The notes under the pieces were generated by a model. It made no database searches. It was not told where the DNA came from and saw only the letters and a program-made list of their open reading frames with translations. A DNA stretch of 64,000 bases from Kudoa neothunni (Eukaryota > Animalia > Cnidaria), in contig OZ199839.1 in NCBI GenBank assembly GCA_964304625.1, forward strand, positions 7,475,979 through 7,539,978, read 5' to 3'. The position numbers and the translations under genes were made by a program. Positions 1 to 13,800 of the stretch are shown here, one piece after another (position 1 is the first letter of the stretch; every line of letters begins with the position of its first letter).

Positions 1-57
1 GTAACACAAAAACAAATAATCTATCTTTATATACGGTTTCAATTTTCAATGACTGCA

Positions 58-393
58 TTAACGTCGTCTGGGAGATATAAAAATCACACCGTCACCTCGA
101 ACAAATAAAAGCGGGGATTTGGAAATCATCGGCTAAATTCAGCGAATTATAAAATTAAAACACCAAATCAAACTCACAGTTATCGAAGCTTCATTGATAT
201 CAACATTGAAAGCACATTTATTGTTAACCTCCTCCACATCACCTAACACCATATTCAAGTGTTGATCAAAGCCATGTAACCTTCCCGTGAGAGTTCGATC
301 ATTTCTCATCTTAACGAAAACAATGTCATTCAAATTGTATTTGAGCAGATCGAAGGGTTCGGTTATGGGGTTGACTAGGTTTCTTGTGGCCAT
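58..393 (-). CDS. LSM3: U6 snRNA-associated Sm-like protein LSm3 (2 exons: 393-178, 132-58; 96 aa)
   Basis: Sm1 motif [45 protein letters not shown] 45-nt GTGAGT..TTTAG intron (177-133) joins in frame to the Sm2 motif [18 protein letters not shown]. Confidence 0.93.
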
Positions 394-630
394 GGTTCAG
401 GTTGCGCGCGCATGTCGCAGCATACTATCCATTTTTAAGAATTTTCAATTGTTGGAGTTACATTAATACGCATGAAAATTTATTTTAATTCCTTATATAA
501 AAGAATTAACTTGCGTGGGGGTTCGGTATACTTTAATAATTAATTAAATAATAATTTCCATAGGATAACAACCTCAAAAATAACCGCATATTATTATCGC
601 AAACAGTTGTTTATAGATTTTGTATAATCT

Positions 631-649
631 AGAGAGAGAGAGAGAGAGA
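631..649. repeat. (AG)n microsatellite
   Basis: agagagagagagagagaga read directly. Confidence 0.9.
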
Positions 650-1370
650 TAGACTAACTTATACCCAAAACATAATTACCCAATATCCATAATTTTGTGC
701 GTGCGCCAATTTTTAAATAAGTTTTTATAATTATTCAAAAAATATAAATAATAAATGCTTTCCATTTTTTTAAATTCACTACTAATTTTTGCTAGAATTG
801 AAGTTGGATTTTATATTTTAAAATATTCCGAAATATTACCAACGAATTTATCCATTTCATATATATTGAATCTTACATATGGGTAATTAAAAAAACAGTC
901 CATTTTCATTTTAAATCATTATATAATTTTATTATATGGTTTTTCATTTAATACAGTATTAGGAGTAGATCTTGATCTTAAATTAAAAAGTTTCAGTTTT
1001 TTCCCTTTCGCTTCACAAAAAACCAAAATTACGCCTAATAAATAAACGAGCATAAAAAATCATTTATTGGATTAATTTTGAAAAGTTAAAATTTTAAAAT
1101 AATATATATATGTAATTAATAACAAGTCCTTTCCCATAAAAATTTAGGATTAATCTCAATATTACGCAAAAACAGTGAATAATTATAAAATTAGAAAAAT
1201 ATTATATAGTAATAGAATTGTTGAATTTGATAATCTCTACGGCAGAAAACGACAAAATTGTGATATATCTGCGAAAGTTAAAACCAACAACGGAGATTGA
1301 TACGGAATAATAAGATTTCAATAATTTGAATTGTTGTGTTTCGTTCAATAATGTATCTATTTTATTGCAG

Positions 1371-4300
1371 CGAAACAGTCAGAAACAAACATGTATTCAA
1401 TTCGAGAAGAGGCTATTTGTAAATGGGTTTGTTTGACGGTACTCTTAAAACCAATTAAAGGAATTTGAAAGGTGAGAAAAATATTTAGCTTTCAGTTTGA
1501 TTAGAATAAAATTTATTGGTGAAAAAATTGGTATTCTCGTCGATAACAAACATCTGTTAATTTAGTTTCATCATTATCTAAAATATTAATATATTATTGG
1601 GTTAGTAGGTAGATATGTTATTTCTGTTGTAGGTATGCAGTAGAAATAGTTCGGTTGAAATGTATCTTGAGTAATACATTAGATAAATTGAGAACACATA
1701 ATGTTTATGAAAAAATCTATTTATTCACCACGATTGATTTTAAATGATTAAATACTAAATTGACGAACGAATTTCACCAATAAGGTGGAACCATGAAAGG
1801 AACCCCAATAGTCCGAGATTATCATTCGCAAATATCTAACCTAAATGAAAATTCTTGGAGCAAACTATTCCTTGATACTTGTGGTTTCAAGTAGATTTTG
1901 AGTGAAACTTCGTTTAGAATTGATGTGATTTTAGTCACGGCTATACTATGGCAATCCACCTATCAAAAAGTGGCACTATTCCTATTGGGAAAGGTTGAAC
2001 TATAATGATATTTTAGAGTTATTTAAATCCTGCGAAACTTACAAGATTCAATCAAGAGTATTGCATCGAATTATCAATCGTACATTCGAAATCATTTGTA
2101 ATTAATGAATGGTTTAACTTGTGACACACTTGCTCGATGATCAACATAGGTGGATACGATGAATGCTAAACCTGACTATTGGCCAAAAGTGATGGACAAA
2201 TCTCAAAAAGTAATCAACCTCGAATCTGTATCCTTATATCGACTACATATATGCATATATACATACCTATGTATACTGATGAACTAATTTAGATTTATGC
2301 TTGGCATAACGCTAACCTTAGACTTGTATACGAAGTGAAATGGACCTCCAACCGTATTCCAATAAATCCCAACGATATGAAGTTCAGTTTATACAATTAT
2401 ATGAATTACGGAAACAAGGCAGCCGATTTTAAATTTTCCGATAGCAATGTGTTGACGATGTAAAAATAATGTGCACAGTTTTTTCATCGTTAAATCGATT
2501 AATTGGATTAGGAATGCAAATTCAGTAATTACCACGGTGGGGCTGGCATTTTTAGATCGAATGTGTACATCATTCAGTTACGCAGTTGTTAATGTGAATA
2601 TGTGTGGACTGATGTGAAGGCGGTGACACCTTCTTTAGATTGGAATCAAATCATCCAATTACAATATCGATATCTCTGCTGTAACTATGGTTCACGAAAT
2701 AGGCCACAACCTAGGCTCCGATCATTACGAAAGTAATGTTGGTTGTAAATTGTCAAATTGAGGGAAACGACTTTAGCGCTAAATTGTATTAACGACGGCA
2801 AAACACAATGTGTTATGTTTCCTTCCACATTCCCATGGTATATGATGCATTTTTAATAAATACTGTTTGATGACCGTAATGGATTGGCGATCCGAAATTA
2901 CTAACAGAGAATTATTAACTTGAAATTGTATCATTAGGCCACAAATATATCCTCCAGCATTCCACTCGGAGTCCATTATTGCAATTATGAAGAAGAAAAA
3001 TCGTTGTGTTAAAGATTGCGCCGTTATCAATGTAGAATAAAATTTGAAAAATTGTTTAACCTACAATTTATGAAGAAAAAAAAAGAAAATCTGAGATCTA
3101 GTTGTGGCAATGGGATTATCGACAGTGGAGAAGAATGCGACTGTGGTTTTCCAGAAAACTGTGAGCTCACCGGACAAAATAAATGCTGCGATTACAAGAC
3201 CTGCAAATTCAAACCAGGAGTACAATGCTCAAGTGGAGATTGTTGTGATAACTGTAGGGTAATGAACCTAGAACATTTTTTACGCAGAAAATATGGATGA
3301 TGTTAAATTCTTAGTTCGCCGTCGGGAAAATGTGTCGGAAGTCTCAAGGTGGATGTGACAAAGATGATTATTGTACAGGCAACAGCGCTTCGGTATTCAT
3401 ACAAATTTATCCTCTAATGTTGGTTCAATGAATAATTAATAGTGCAAACCTGATCTTGTTGAAAGTAATGGAAAACCCTGTGACAACGGAAACGTATATG
3501 TTATCCTGGTGTTGCATTGTTATTCGTAATCTAGGCATTTTGTTATGATGGAAATTGCAACAGATTAAAAGATTCATGCGACAAATTATTTCCGTCAAGT
3601 AAATAACCCAACTGAATTCCAGTCTCTGGTTACTATACGAAAAATTTATTTTAGCAAGCACATATTTGAGCAGTATTTGTATAAAAACCGCCGAGCAGAA
3701 TAAAAAGCGATGTACTGCTGGCTCGGATAAAATTATTTGCAACGACTAGTAGTTTTGATTTCATTATGTGTGCAGATGAATAAATGTATTTTGTAATAGT
3801 GACGAAGGATGTGGTTATGTTTGGTGTAAAACATTGGGATATCGACCATCGGAGAAAAATTATTATTTCAGATCTCCGTACGGTTCATCCATGTGCTAGT
3901 AATTCTTTTTGATTAGTTTTGGTTTCTTACATTTAATTGGGAAGTTCCTAAATCAGTCAGTGGTCGTTAATGTGGATTACCTCGAATTACTGATGTAACC
4001 GACTCAGTAGCAATTTGATTTTATGCTTATTATTATTTTAATTTTTTTCATTTGTAACTAGAAATGTATTCTAGTAGTGTAAATATTTATTGATTAATAA
4101 CCTTTATTTTTTTATTTTTTTCAAAAATAATATAAAATGTCTCATTTAATTGGGAACAATTGTTGCTAAAAAATTCTAATATAAAATAATAATTTTTAAT
4201 CTTTGAGTTTATTTCTATTTAATTAAACTATTGTTCGCTCTAAATTTTGCAATTAACTCTAATACTAAATAAGAATATACAATAAAAATTACCAATTCCG

Positions 4301-7300
4301 ATTAATACCTAAATTTTCTGAATTACAGTAATAGACCAGTCGTACGTACATCAGTTATTTTACATAATAAAATATTTTTTCGTATTAAAAATGATTTAAT
4401 GATATTATTATTATTATTATTCGGTTAAAATAATTTATGAGCATAATTAGTACGAAAAAAACGAAAAATAAAAAGCCGCGTGAGGATCGGTCGTACGTAC
4501 CTTTTTGCTTTGACAGCATAATTAAATTAAACGTTTTCTTTTTTTTTTACCACGTTTAAACAATTAGTAAGTTTTTATGGTTACATCAATATGGTAGCTA
4601 GTTGAAAATGAAGGATAAACATAGACACATGTTGTAGATACATAGTAATATGGTTTATAATGATGTTCTCTCTAATTCATAGAAATATCAATGGCGCAAT
4701 GACAGTCCTTTCCCAATAATTCAGAAACGGATGATTATTTTATTGATAAAAAATTGAACCTTTTAGAGATGGCCGCCTTATTTTATTTAGAAGGGCTTGG
4801 CAACTATTTTAAACATCATGATTCAAAAAAGTGGGGGTTAATATCTGATTCTATTCTAGATGTTTATTCATTTTTAAATCTTAATTTTAAACAAAAAAAT
4901 CATTGGCTTTTCATTAATATTTAAGTTATAGCTAGTTTTGTGTTTCATATTCTTTGAGCGCGTGTGCAAAAAAGTACGTACAATCTCCTCATCACCAAGG
5001 GGATTACGTTCGACCTATCCATTACTGTATAACGAAAAATAATTTATATTAAGCATAATATATAGTGTTGCCTTGATATCACTTTTTTCAAAGGAGTATT
5101 AAATTTTTGAGCACTCGTGAATACCTGAATTGATAAATTGTAACAGGTTGTATGCATGCTTAAAGTTGAAGTTTTTATTGAGTAAAAATTTTTACTAATT
5201 ATCGTATTAATAATTATCCATAATATCGGAATGTCTAACGTTTATTACACATATTAAAAATTTAATGGGAAATTTATCTATTTATATATATGTAAAGCTG
5301 TAATGTCCGTGTATTTGCCTGTGCACACATCTCCTTATATTGAGACCTTTTGACTATATGAGCTTTGTGATTGCTTATAAAGTGGGGTATCGGTAGGGTA
5401 AATTTTCTGTGGACAGATTAGCGCTAACAATATTAAGATTAATACAATATGTGACTTCCAATATAATAAAAGATAAGTGTAAATAACATTTATTTTCCGA
5501 TGCTGATTCAACAATAAAGTTGTGATATTATGTTTTTGCTATCCGAACATAGTTAAGACGCTCTTTAGCATTTATGTTCGCGAAGGCCGTGACCTCGATG
5601 TAAACGTAGATATATTGTTTAAACGAATTTAAATTGAAGTTAATACATTTTCTGTAAATGCAACGCTGTAAACAAACTTTTAGATTAGTTGGTTCATCGA
5701 CCGGTTAATACATACGATTAAATGTCAAACGAATTGGAAGAACTTTTCATTTCTAATGTGGAAAAAGCCCGTTCTAGTAGAAAATGAAGAAGATCACGAT
5801 ATTACTGTTTATTTCGAGTAACACTTTCGCCAAAAGAACGATACTGCGATCAAAATTTGAGTCTAATACTTTCACGATTCTTAATAATAAAATAAATAAA
5901 TATGGAGAGCAAAAATTCAGTCCTAAAAAATACCTTCTAAATTTTAACCAAATCCCGCTTCGAACAGAATCGTCCCCATGTGTAATCTCACTTTTGTTTA
6001 CAAAAAATTGCCAATTTCATTATTTGTTACATAATGAAATTGGATTAAATCACTTAAATTATCTTTTAAGATAATTATCTGACCTAAAAGATAGTTTATG
6101 TGCTCATTATAATGGTGTTACATTTTACAAACTGAGAAAATCAATTTGCTCACATCCACTCGATAAAATGTAAATCTCATTGCGATTTATTATGTTATAA
6201 AATGATGTTTAGTTTTTATTTTTTTCCGTAAATTTATATTTACTGGATAAAGTTATGACTGAATTTGTTTGAAAATGCGATCATGAAAAATTTAAATATT
6301 ATTTAACTTAGAAAGTTGACATTTTAAAGCGTCAATTATCTTCTAAAAAAAAGTATAAACTGTTATGTTTGTCACAAAATAATCAATAAAATACAGCATT
6401 TACAAAAATATAAAATAGACCATTTTTAAGCTTACGTAGATAATTTCAATAAAAATGATAAAGTATCATACACGATTTTCCAGACTACCCTATCCGAGTA
6501 AATTTAAAAAATCTGAAACGTTGAAAAAACATTTTTTAATAGCATTTAATTATTTTTATATAAAAATTATTAAAATTTTGCCTTAACTAAATTCAGAAAA
6601 TATTGTGTGGTAAATATTAGTTTATCGAATGAATTCTTAAATAACTAACCTATCGTTATTGGAATAGTTTATTTGTCCATTTATGTTAACATCGAATTTT
6701 TGAACAAAAAAAAGACTAAAATATGATTATTTTTAAAAACAAATTTACAGTAATCTAATTAAAACAAAGAAAAATTATTCTTAAAATGTTGTTGAGAAGA
6801 TTTATTTCTTCACCCATGATAAATCGGTACCGTTCTTCAATAAGGTATTCCTCAAGATTTGAGAATGACAGCCCTCGTTTTATGCGAAGAAATTTTTTTA
6901 GCCTCCCTCAGTATCCTTCGATAGTATATGTACGATACTATTATGCACGTATCCCTTCGAGTGGTTGACCCTTTTTGGATTTCTCTTTCGATGATGGACA
7001 AAAGTGTCGTCGAATTCCACTTCTCTACATAGAAGTACCTCACTTCTACGAGAGTCCCCTTTCCCATGTCGTCAAGTTTACACTGAGCCAATCCAAAAAT
7101 CCAAGGACCGTCAACCCTTCCTTCATATTTTCCTCTTCTTAATGCAGCATCTATTTATATATTTAACTTCCATCGTCGGCATCTATTAAATAAAAGAAAT
7201 ACGTTATATAAATAATTTTACCAAATACGAGATTTATTATCTGACTCTAAAAATACTTTCTTTCGAGAAGTTTTCCATACGTCTCCTTTAAGGTACCGAC

Positions 7301-10300
7301 CTTGATTATATTTTCTTTTTCCGTGGAGGAGGCATTCATCAATTCCTACAATGAAACCTTCCCCACCAAGTTTGTTTCTCTTCTCGAAGGGTGGTTTGCA
7401 GAGTTGTCGGCATATTTAACTTATCTTTTTTGGTTGTAGTTAGAATAGTTTCATCCATACACCAATGATATAATATTTTAAAAAATTTTTTCATTGTTAG
7501 ATTCTGGGACGGACCGCGTATAAGAGAGTTTGAAAAAAATGTTCCATTTTGGGGGAAAAAGTAGTTTTACACCTATTGTTTTTAAAAGCAGAGGCTTGAG
7601 ATAAACTATTACTTTTTACATAAATATGTGAAAGAATAATTGACGTTATTTCTGTCTTACGCGGACTGTTCAGTTATCGGCCTGGCAACATTTAATTTGC
7701 GTTTTCTATGGGTGAAGGAATCGAAATTCCTGCAATTGCTACAGCGAGTTTAAGCTTTGTGAAGATAACCCTTAGCAATAAGTATGTATATGGAGGAACT
7801 TTTTGTAATCATTAATTGGCAAATAAAAGTCAACATCGCCTTTAAAACTTAACGACTCCATTTTGGACTAATAAGTGTTAAAAAACGAGGCATTAGTAAA
7901 TCCGTTGATTTTTTAAAGTAAAAAAAATATAAATGATTTGATATAACGGATATGTTAAAATATGTGACAAATAATGAAACTGACAGTTTTTGTAAACAAA
8001 AGTGAGATAACACATGGAGACGATTTTGTTTGAAGTGGGACTTGGTTAAAACTTAGAAGTTATTTCTTAGGGCTAAATTTTGTCCCTCCATATTTATTTA
8101 CTTTATTATTAAGAATCGTAAAAAAATTAGCAACAAAAAAGATGCGCAAAGAGATGTTTTTCAGGTGTCACAGGCTTTATAATTACCAATACTTTAATTG
8201 GCGGGTCATTTTAAAGATAAAGATTATTTTTTTATCTTTTACAGTTTTTCTAATTAAATAATTTTGTTATGAGGAGAGGGGGGTGCTTTGATATTACTAA
8301 ATTTTGTTTAATTGAAGCAGTCACCAAAAGGGTGATATTTTAAACAAATTATGAATTTATTCTACTCAGCATAGGGTTATATGAAGTTATTAATATATTT
8401 TATCATAGATTTAGTTCGCTAATTAACTTTCAAACAACTATTAAAAGTAGGAAATAATGTTACCCTAGCGTAAACTGTACATATTTTTGCTAACAGAACC
8501 AAAGGTTTGAGGGTGGTCCGTAATTCTACTAAAACAAGAAAAGTAAACTTAGAAAATTGTTCTTTGAATGAAACTTAACAAGATTTTTGTATAGTTTTTA
8601 AACACCATTACGAAAGGTTTAATCAGAGTTCAACTAAAATTGATATTACTATTGTTATGCGAGTATTTCAGAATTGGGATATAACATCATATTTTAAGTC
8701 AAATATAAAAATAAATAAGTATAAGAATGGATTAGTTTATTCTATATGGGAATTATTATTACAAAAAAGGTCAGATTTACCTCGATCATCGAATATAATT
8801 GATGTTTTTCTTATTTATTACGTAAAATATTGTATTAACGTATTTTTCAAATTTTTTGCTAATGTGTATAATATTAAAATGAATGTAATATTAATTTATT
8901 TGTTTTAATTAAAATGGTCATTAATTGTTTATTTCATTTTTATCTTTAGAATTTCAAATAAGAGTACATAGTTAATAAAGTTTTAGAGAAAAAAACTGGG
9001 CAAATAAACAAATTCTTTTAGCAAATATTATTTTGGTGGCTTCTTCTCTACGAATTATTCTATCAATGATTGTGTTTAATATTTGATAACCTGCTTCTAT
9101 CGGTTTGAATGTTTACTTTAATATAAAAGTAACTATATCCTAATTTACTTTAAGTTTACACACAATGATACAAATAATAGACAAGGCTTTTCATTCCTTG
9201 TCAATAGATCTTGCCCTAATGAGACCACATTTAATTAAATTTTAAAAGCTTATAATGCACTTTAAAAACTAGAATTTATTAGCTTATGTTTTAAAATAAT
9301 CATTGATTTTCTATTATCTAATAATGCTACAATAACTATAATATTTATAAAAGTAGGGCTATATAACAAATATTATTGAACATCGGTACTTGTAATTTGT
9401 AAACGAAGATTAAAAATTGTTTTTTTAAAGTAATACTTTTAATATATTATTATTTTAAAGATTGATGAGTCAACTGTGGTAATGTAAATTTCTTAGACCC
9501 GAATTGACTGAAGTATTAATCGAAATTTAATAATAAATATATTTATAATTATATATTTGTATGAAACCACATTTAATTTATATTTAAAACGATTTTTAAC
9601 GATTGCAGTGGGCTATTTGCAAATATTTTGCAATCGCATCACACCAAGACCATGTTTCTATTATTACTAACGTATGAAATTATATGGAGATTAATTAATT
9701 ATTAGAAAGTAAAATGAATTATCTTATTAATTTTATATAATTTTAAAACTAATTGGTTATTATTTAGCGCGGCTCCCGAACCAGTTGGCGATGTCAGTAA
9801 TCTTGTACCTAATGGGGTTCAATGTGGAAATAACAAGGTAGGATAGCTTGTTTTTGTTGAATCTAATTTTTATTGATATAAAGATGTGCGTCAAAGGGAA
9901 ATGTGTCCCTGTTAATTACGATCCAAACTCTTGCGAAAACGTAAGATGCAAAATTGGCGAGGTAAAATCTAAAAAAGTTTTGGGGCGTGATTGTGAGGAA
10001 TGTGTAGCAATGTCAACGAGGAAAGTGTGTCAACAAACAATATGGAGACGACCCCTGCAAAGGAAAATGTGATGACCGATTCGAAGTATACATTCTTTAT
10101 TGTTTGCGGCACATATTCAATGAACTAAAATTATTTCATTAATTATTATAATTGGCTTGAATTTTATGAGCAAGCGTTTCCAATCAATAACATTTTTTAT
10201 ATTAAAACAAAGTATCATTAAATTTGGTTAAACATAAAAGTTATAATTAATGTGTCACGGTAGAAAATTATATTATTCTATATAGGTCTGTAAATATGGA

Positions 10301-12295
10301 AAATGTGTTTTCAAAAAAGGCATTGAGCCTTGCAAATTTATAAAATGCGAACCTCCAACAGTATTCTAATGCTTGTTGTCCAAATGCACTAGACAAAATG
10401 CTAGGTGTGCATCAACGGTGTTTGTGTTGACAGAAGGGCCCCTAGTGATCCATGCAACGGTAAATGTGACGCCAGAATCCAGGTAACCAAAACATTATTC
10501 TATTGGCTTAATGATACCGAATAACCAATAGGTTTGTGTTAAAGGCAAATGTCGATTGGGCCCCAACTGGTTTATCTGTGGTCGATTTGCTTGCCCAAAG
10601 AATTTATTTGTGGATAAATCATTTTTTTGGGCTTTTTAATTCATTTTAGGAATGTATAAACAATCAATGCAAAATAGTTGACAGAAATAAAGAATGCATG
10701 AAAACATGCGATCTTGTTAGCAGCGTAATTTCCACATATATAACTATATTAGAATTAAGACGAATACCATCAATAAATATTGTTACATGCTTAATCCTAT
10801 TCAAAAATTTTTTATTTAATAAAAAATCTATATAGGAATGCAAAGATGGAAAATGTCTGTTAAAATATGGTTATAGTGTTTGTGGGAGCAAGTATTGCGT
10901 TGAGGATGAGGTATTCATTTAGCGAGCTGATATTATTTAAATAAAATTAGACTTGTATTGATGGAGTATGCAAAAAGGATAGTAAATTAAGTGATGAATA
11001 TGAACCCACATTGGAAAAGGTTCCCAATGCTAAATTATTGGATCCCCGACCAAAAATCAAGGGTCAATGTATGATTTATCAAGTAAACTATGATCAAAGG
11101 GAAAAATATTTCATAATTTAATAATCATTTAGATAAAATTAAAAGGGAAATGTTATAACATTCCAAAGATTGATTTATGCAAATACAAAAGATGTGCTAG
11201 CACAGAGGTCTTTGTTGATTTTTGTGATGGCATTTTCTGCTAAACCATAATTATTTAGCTTTGTCTTAATAACAAATGTCACTCGCTAGAAAAATTGGAG
11301 GGGAAATGTCCATCAAAAAGATGCCCATCGGGAAAGGTATTCAAAAAGTGATATATTGCAACATGGAGATTACTAATCAACTAGCATTGCTACAATAAAC
11401 AATGTTTCTATATACCACCTTACCGAAAGTTGTGCGAGGGTGTAAAATGTGGTAAAGATCAGGTATTCTATTAAAGTTTTAACAATAAAATATATGAATT
11501 AAAGGTTTGTCGAAATGCTGAATGTTTATCGGTAACTCTTCTGGATCAATATTGCAAAGATAAAACATGCCTTGAAAACGAGGTTGAAAAGGTTTGTATC
11601 AGATTAACCCTTAATTCATTTCTAGAAATGTGTTTCGGGATTGTGTATCCTTCCAGAAAATAGCCAAGGTTGCAACAACGTTAAATGTGATAATAATAAG
11701 GTAGAAAATCGATCAAATAAACAATGTTAGTTAATATTAGGTGTGCATGCTTGGGGTGTGTGTTCCAGCTCCTCCTCATTATGCTCGCTGTTTTGAGGTC
11801 GAATGCAAGGGGAATGAGGTAAGGAGTAATTTTTGATATGAAATAAGATTGTGAATATCAGAAAAAATAATGGATTTATATAGGTATGTGATTGGAAAGG
11901 AAATTGTGTTGCCAAAGAAAAGTTCATAATAATATTTTTGCCATAATTTTCATTAATCATAGGGTTGATGTCGCCAAAATGGAGGGAAATTTGACCGACG
12001 AGAATGTTGGTTTCCCTACGCCAGAAGTTGCTAAAGATGATGATCCAAAAGACGGTGCTCCTAAAGATAGTACTCCTAAAGATGATGCTCCAGAAGAGGA
12101 CAATTCTGGATCTAGTGACAGCGAAAAAAATGTCGCAGACACTAACTCCTCAAAACTTAGCAATGGAGCCATTGTTGGAATTGTCGTAGCTGTAGTTGCA
12201 GTGGTTTTTATTGTGTAAGATGACTTCTAATAATTATCCCCATAACGTGCATGTTTAGGGGGATTATTGTCGTGATTAGATCCAAAAGTGGTTAG
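1371..12295 (+). CDS. ADAM-family (adamalysin) membrane metalloprotease with expanded Cys-repeat stalk; multi-exon, 5' end not resolved
   Basis: Spliced exons give a prodomain-like ..[12 protein letters not shown], then reprolysin [18 protein letters not shown].. and [12 protein letters not shown]. The zinc motif [11 protein letters not shown] lies at 2693-2725, followed by Met-turn CVM, disintegrin [32 protein letters not shown] and Cys-rich DEGCGYVWC / [13 protein letters not shown]. After the repeat exons come a D/K/P-rich stalk and [25 protein letters not shown] with tail RSKSG*. A ~5.9-kb phase-2 intron spans 3893-9767. Confidence 0.88.
4326..5027. mobile_element. Tc1/mariner-type MITE in ADAM intron
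   Basis: Imperfect TIRs CAGTAATAGACCAGTCGTACGTA / TACGTTCGACCTATCCATTACTG, both flanked by TA; no ORF. Confidence 0.7.
5863..8130 (-). mobile_element. Merlin (IS1595/ISXO2-like) DNA transposon, decayed, with ~145-bp inverted repeats
   Basis: 5863-6007 is an imperfect reverse complement of 7986-8130. Internal frameshifted transposase fragments ([28 protein letters not shown]; IEGYW-like) lie at ~6750-7450 on the minus strand. Confidence 0.75.
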
Positions 12296-12754
12296 AAATA
12301 GTTACAAGCTGGGGAATAGAAAACAAATACTTAATCAGCGGATACAATATAGAGTTTTAGTCGATAGTATAAAACTTCTTTAGAACTAATGATCAGTCTT
12401 ATTATTCATTGCTATTTGTTAGAGTTTGGTTCTTGTTTTCGAAATGGAAGATATTTATTGTTCTAATTTTAAACGTAGGATTTCATTAAATAAAAGGATC
12501 CTTGTTGATAATATATGTTAAATTGTCGAATCTACTTTTTATTTTCAATGTCTCTAATTAAGATTAAGCTAATAAATTGCAATAAAAAACATTTAACCAC
12601 AACATAAAATTTACTGTTGCTTATTCTAGTTTATATGTAATCAGAATTAATAATTATTTTCATTTTAATTAAACTGATATTAATATATTAAATACTTTTA
12701 TTTAATATATTAATATTTTTCGATTATAATTATAACCCAAAAATTTCCCCTCAT

Positions 12755-12803
12755 TCAGATTAGATTAGATTAGATCAGATCAGATCAGATCCGATCCGAT
12801 CAG
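12755..12803. repeat. Pentamer microsatellite (TAGAT/CAGAT/CCGAT)
   Basis: tcagat tagattagattagat cagatcagatcagat ccgatccgat cag. Confidence 0.85.
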
Positions 12804-13289
12804 TGGGAAATATTTATATTATTTTCCTTCGAGTTCCACGTTAGGATACAGTGAGTAATCCAAGGAAAACATCATTTTTAGAGTTTACTTACATTTTTAT
12901 ATTAAGCATAGTACACAATTAAATATTAAAGATATGGGGGTTAAAGTGATTATATGGAGACACAATTTATTCTTTAATTTCTTAAGAAATTTAATTATTA
13001 ATTTTTAACCCCCTAATGATCCCAAAAACGATGAACGTGTAATGGACCTTAGGATAAATTTTACCTCACATTTTTTTTAATTATAGCAATTTAAAAATCT
13101 AATAATCAACACTGTAAAATAATTTTTAACTCCTATGGATGAAACACTGGAAAATGCATATTAAATTTTGACATAATCCGCGTGATAATCGGCTTCGCTT
13201 ACGATCCGTCTAATATCGGTACACATCGATGTTTCATAAAAAAAATCATTGCGTTAATGCAGTGGAATTAAACGTGTTGCGCCTCTTGA

Positions 13290-13800
13290 ACTATTAAAAA
13301 AACCATCAGAAGAATTATTGAAAATTACGAGAAATTAAAACCGTCTATAAATGCGTGAAATGGACAAGAAAATTTATGACAATATTCGCGCCATTTAGGA
13401 GATTTTTTATCATTTTCCTTCTCACTGTATCCACATGTTGCTCGCTTTGCATTAAGAAGAGGTTCCTGTTGGGAAGAACAAACAATGCTAGAACCTGTTT
13501 TGATTGTTTTGCTTCCGGAATTTGTTGTCAACAATGTTTTGTATAATTGTTCAGCGATTTCTTTAAGAAAATTAAGCATTTTGGTTTATTGGGGACATTA
13601 GATACCAACATATAATTTTCACGGAAAACAAAAATGCGACCATAACTGGTTCTATTTGGGGATGATTGAAGGCAAGGTGGTATCACCTATTTTTTCCCGT
13701 AATGTCTCTACGGTCAATTTTTTTCAACATCGCGATATTCATTCTCTGATAAACAAAATTCATCGATGAAATCGGCCGAATCACACATCTTCATATAAAT
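13290..13800 (-). mobile_element. piggyBac transposase C-terminal remnant
   Basis: FLKEIAEQL followed by a decayed Cys-rich tail (KRATCGYS..EYCHKFSCPFH); GG.DT-like remnant upstream. Confidence 0.6.

Noticed and set aside
3425-3742. Antisense ORFs over ADAM, SAARP-like, RUVBL1 and piggyBac regions (e.g. 3425-3742, 11957-12172, 15952-16146, 56071-56412)
   Set aside because: Shadows of coding sequence on the opposite strand
9884-11921. Periodic ~120-nt pattern resembling a repeat-spacer (CRISPR-like) array
   Set aside because: No conserved nucleotide repeat; the periodicity is exon/intron structure of a eukaryotic gene
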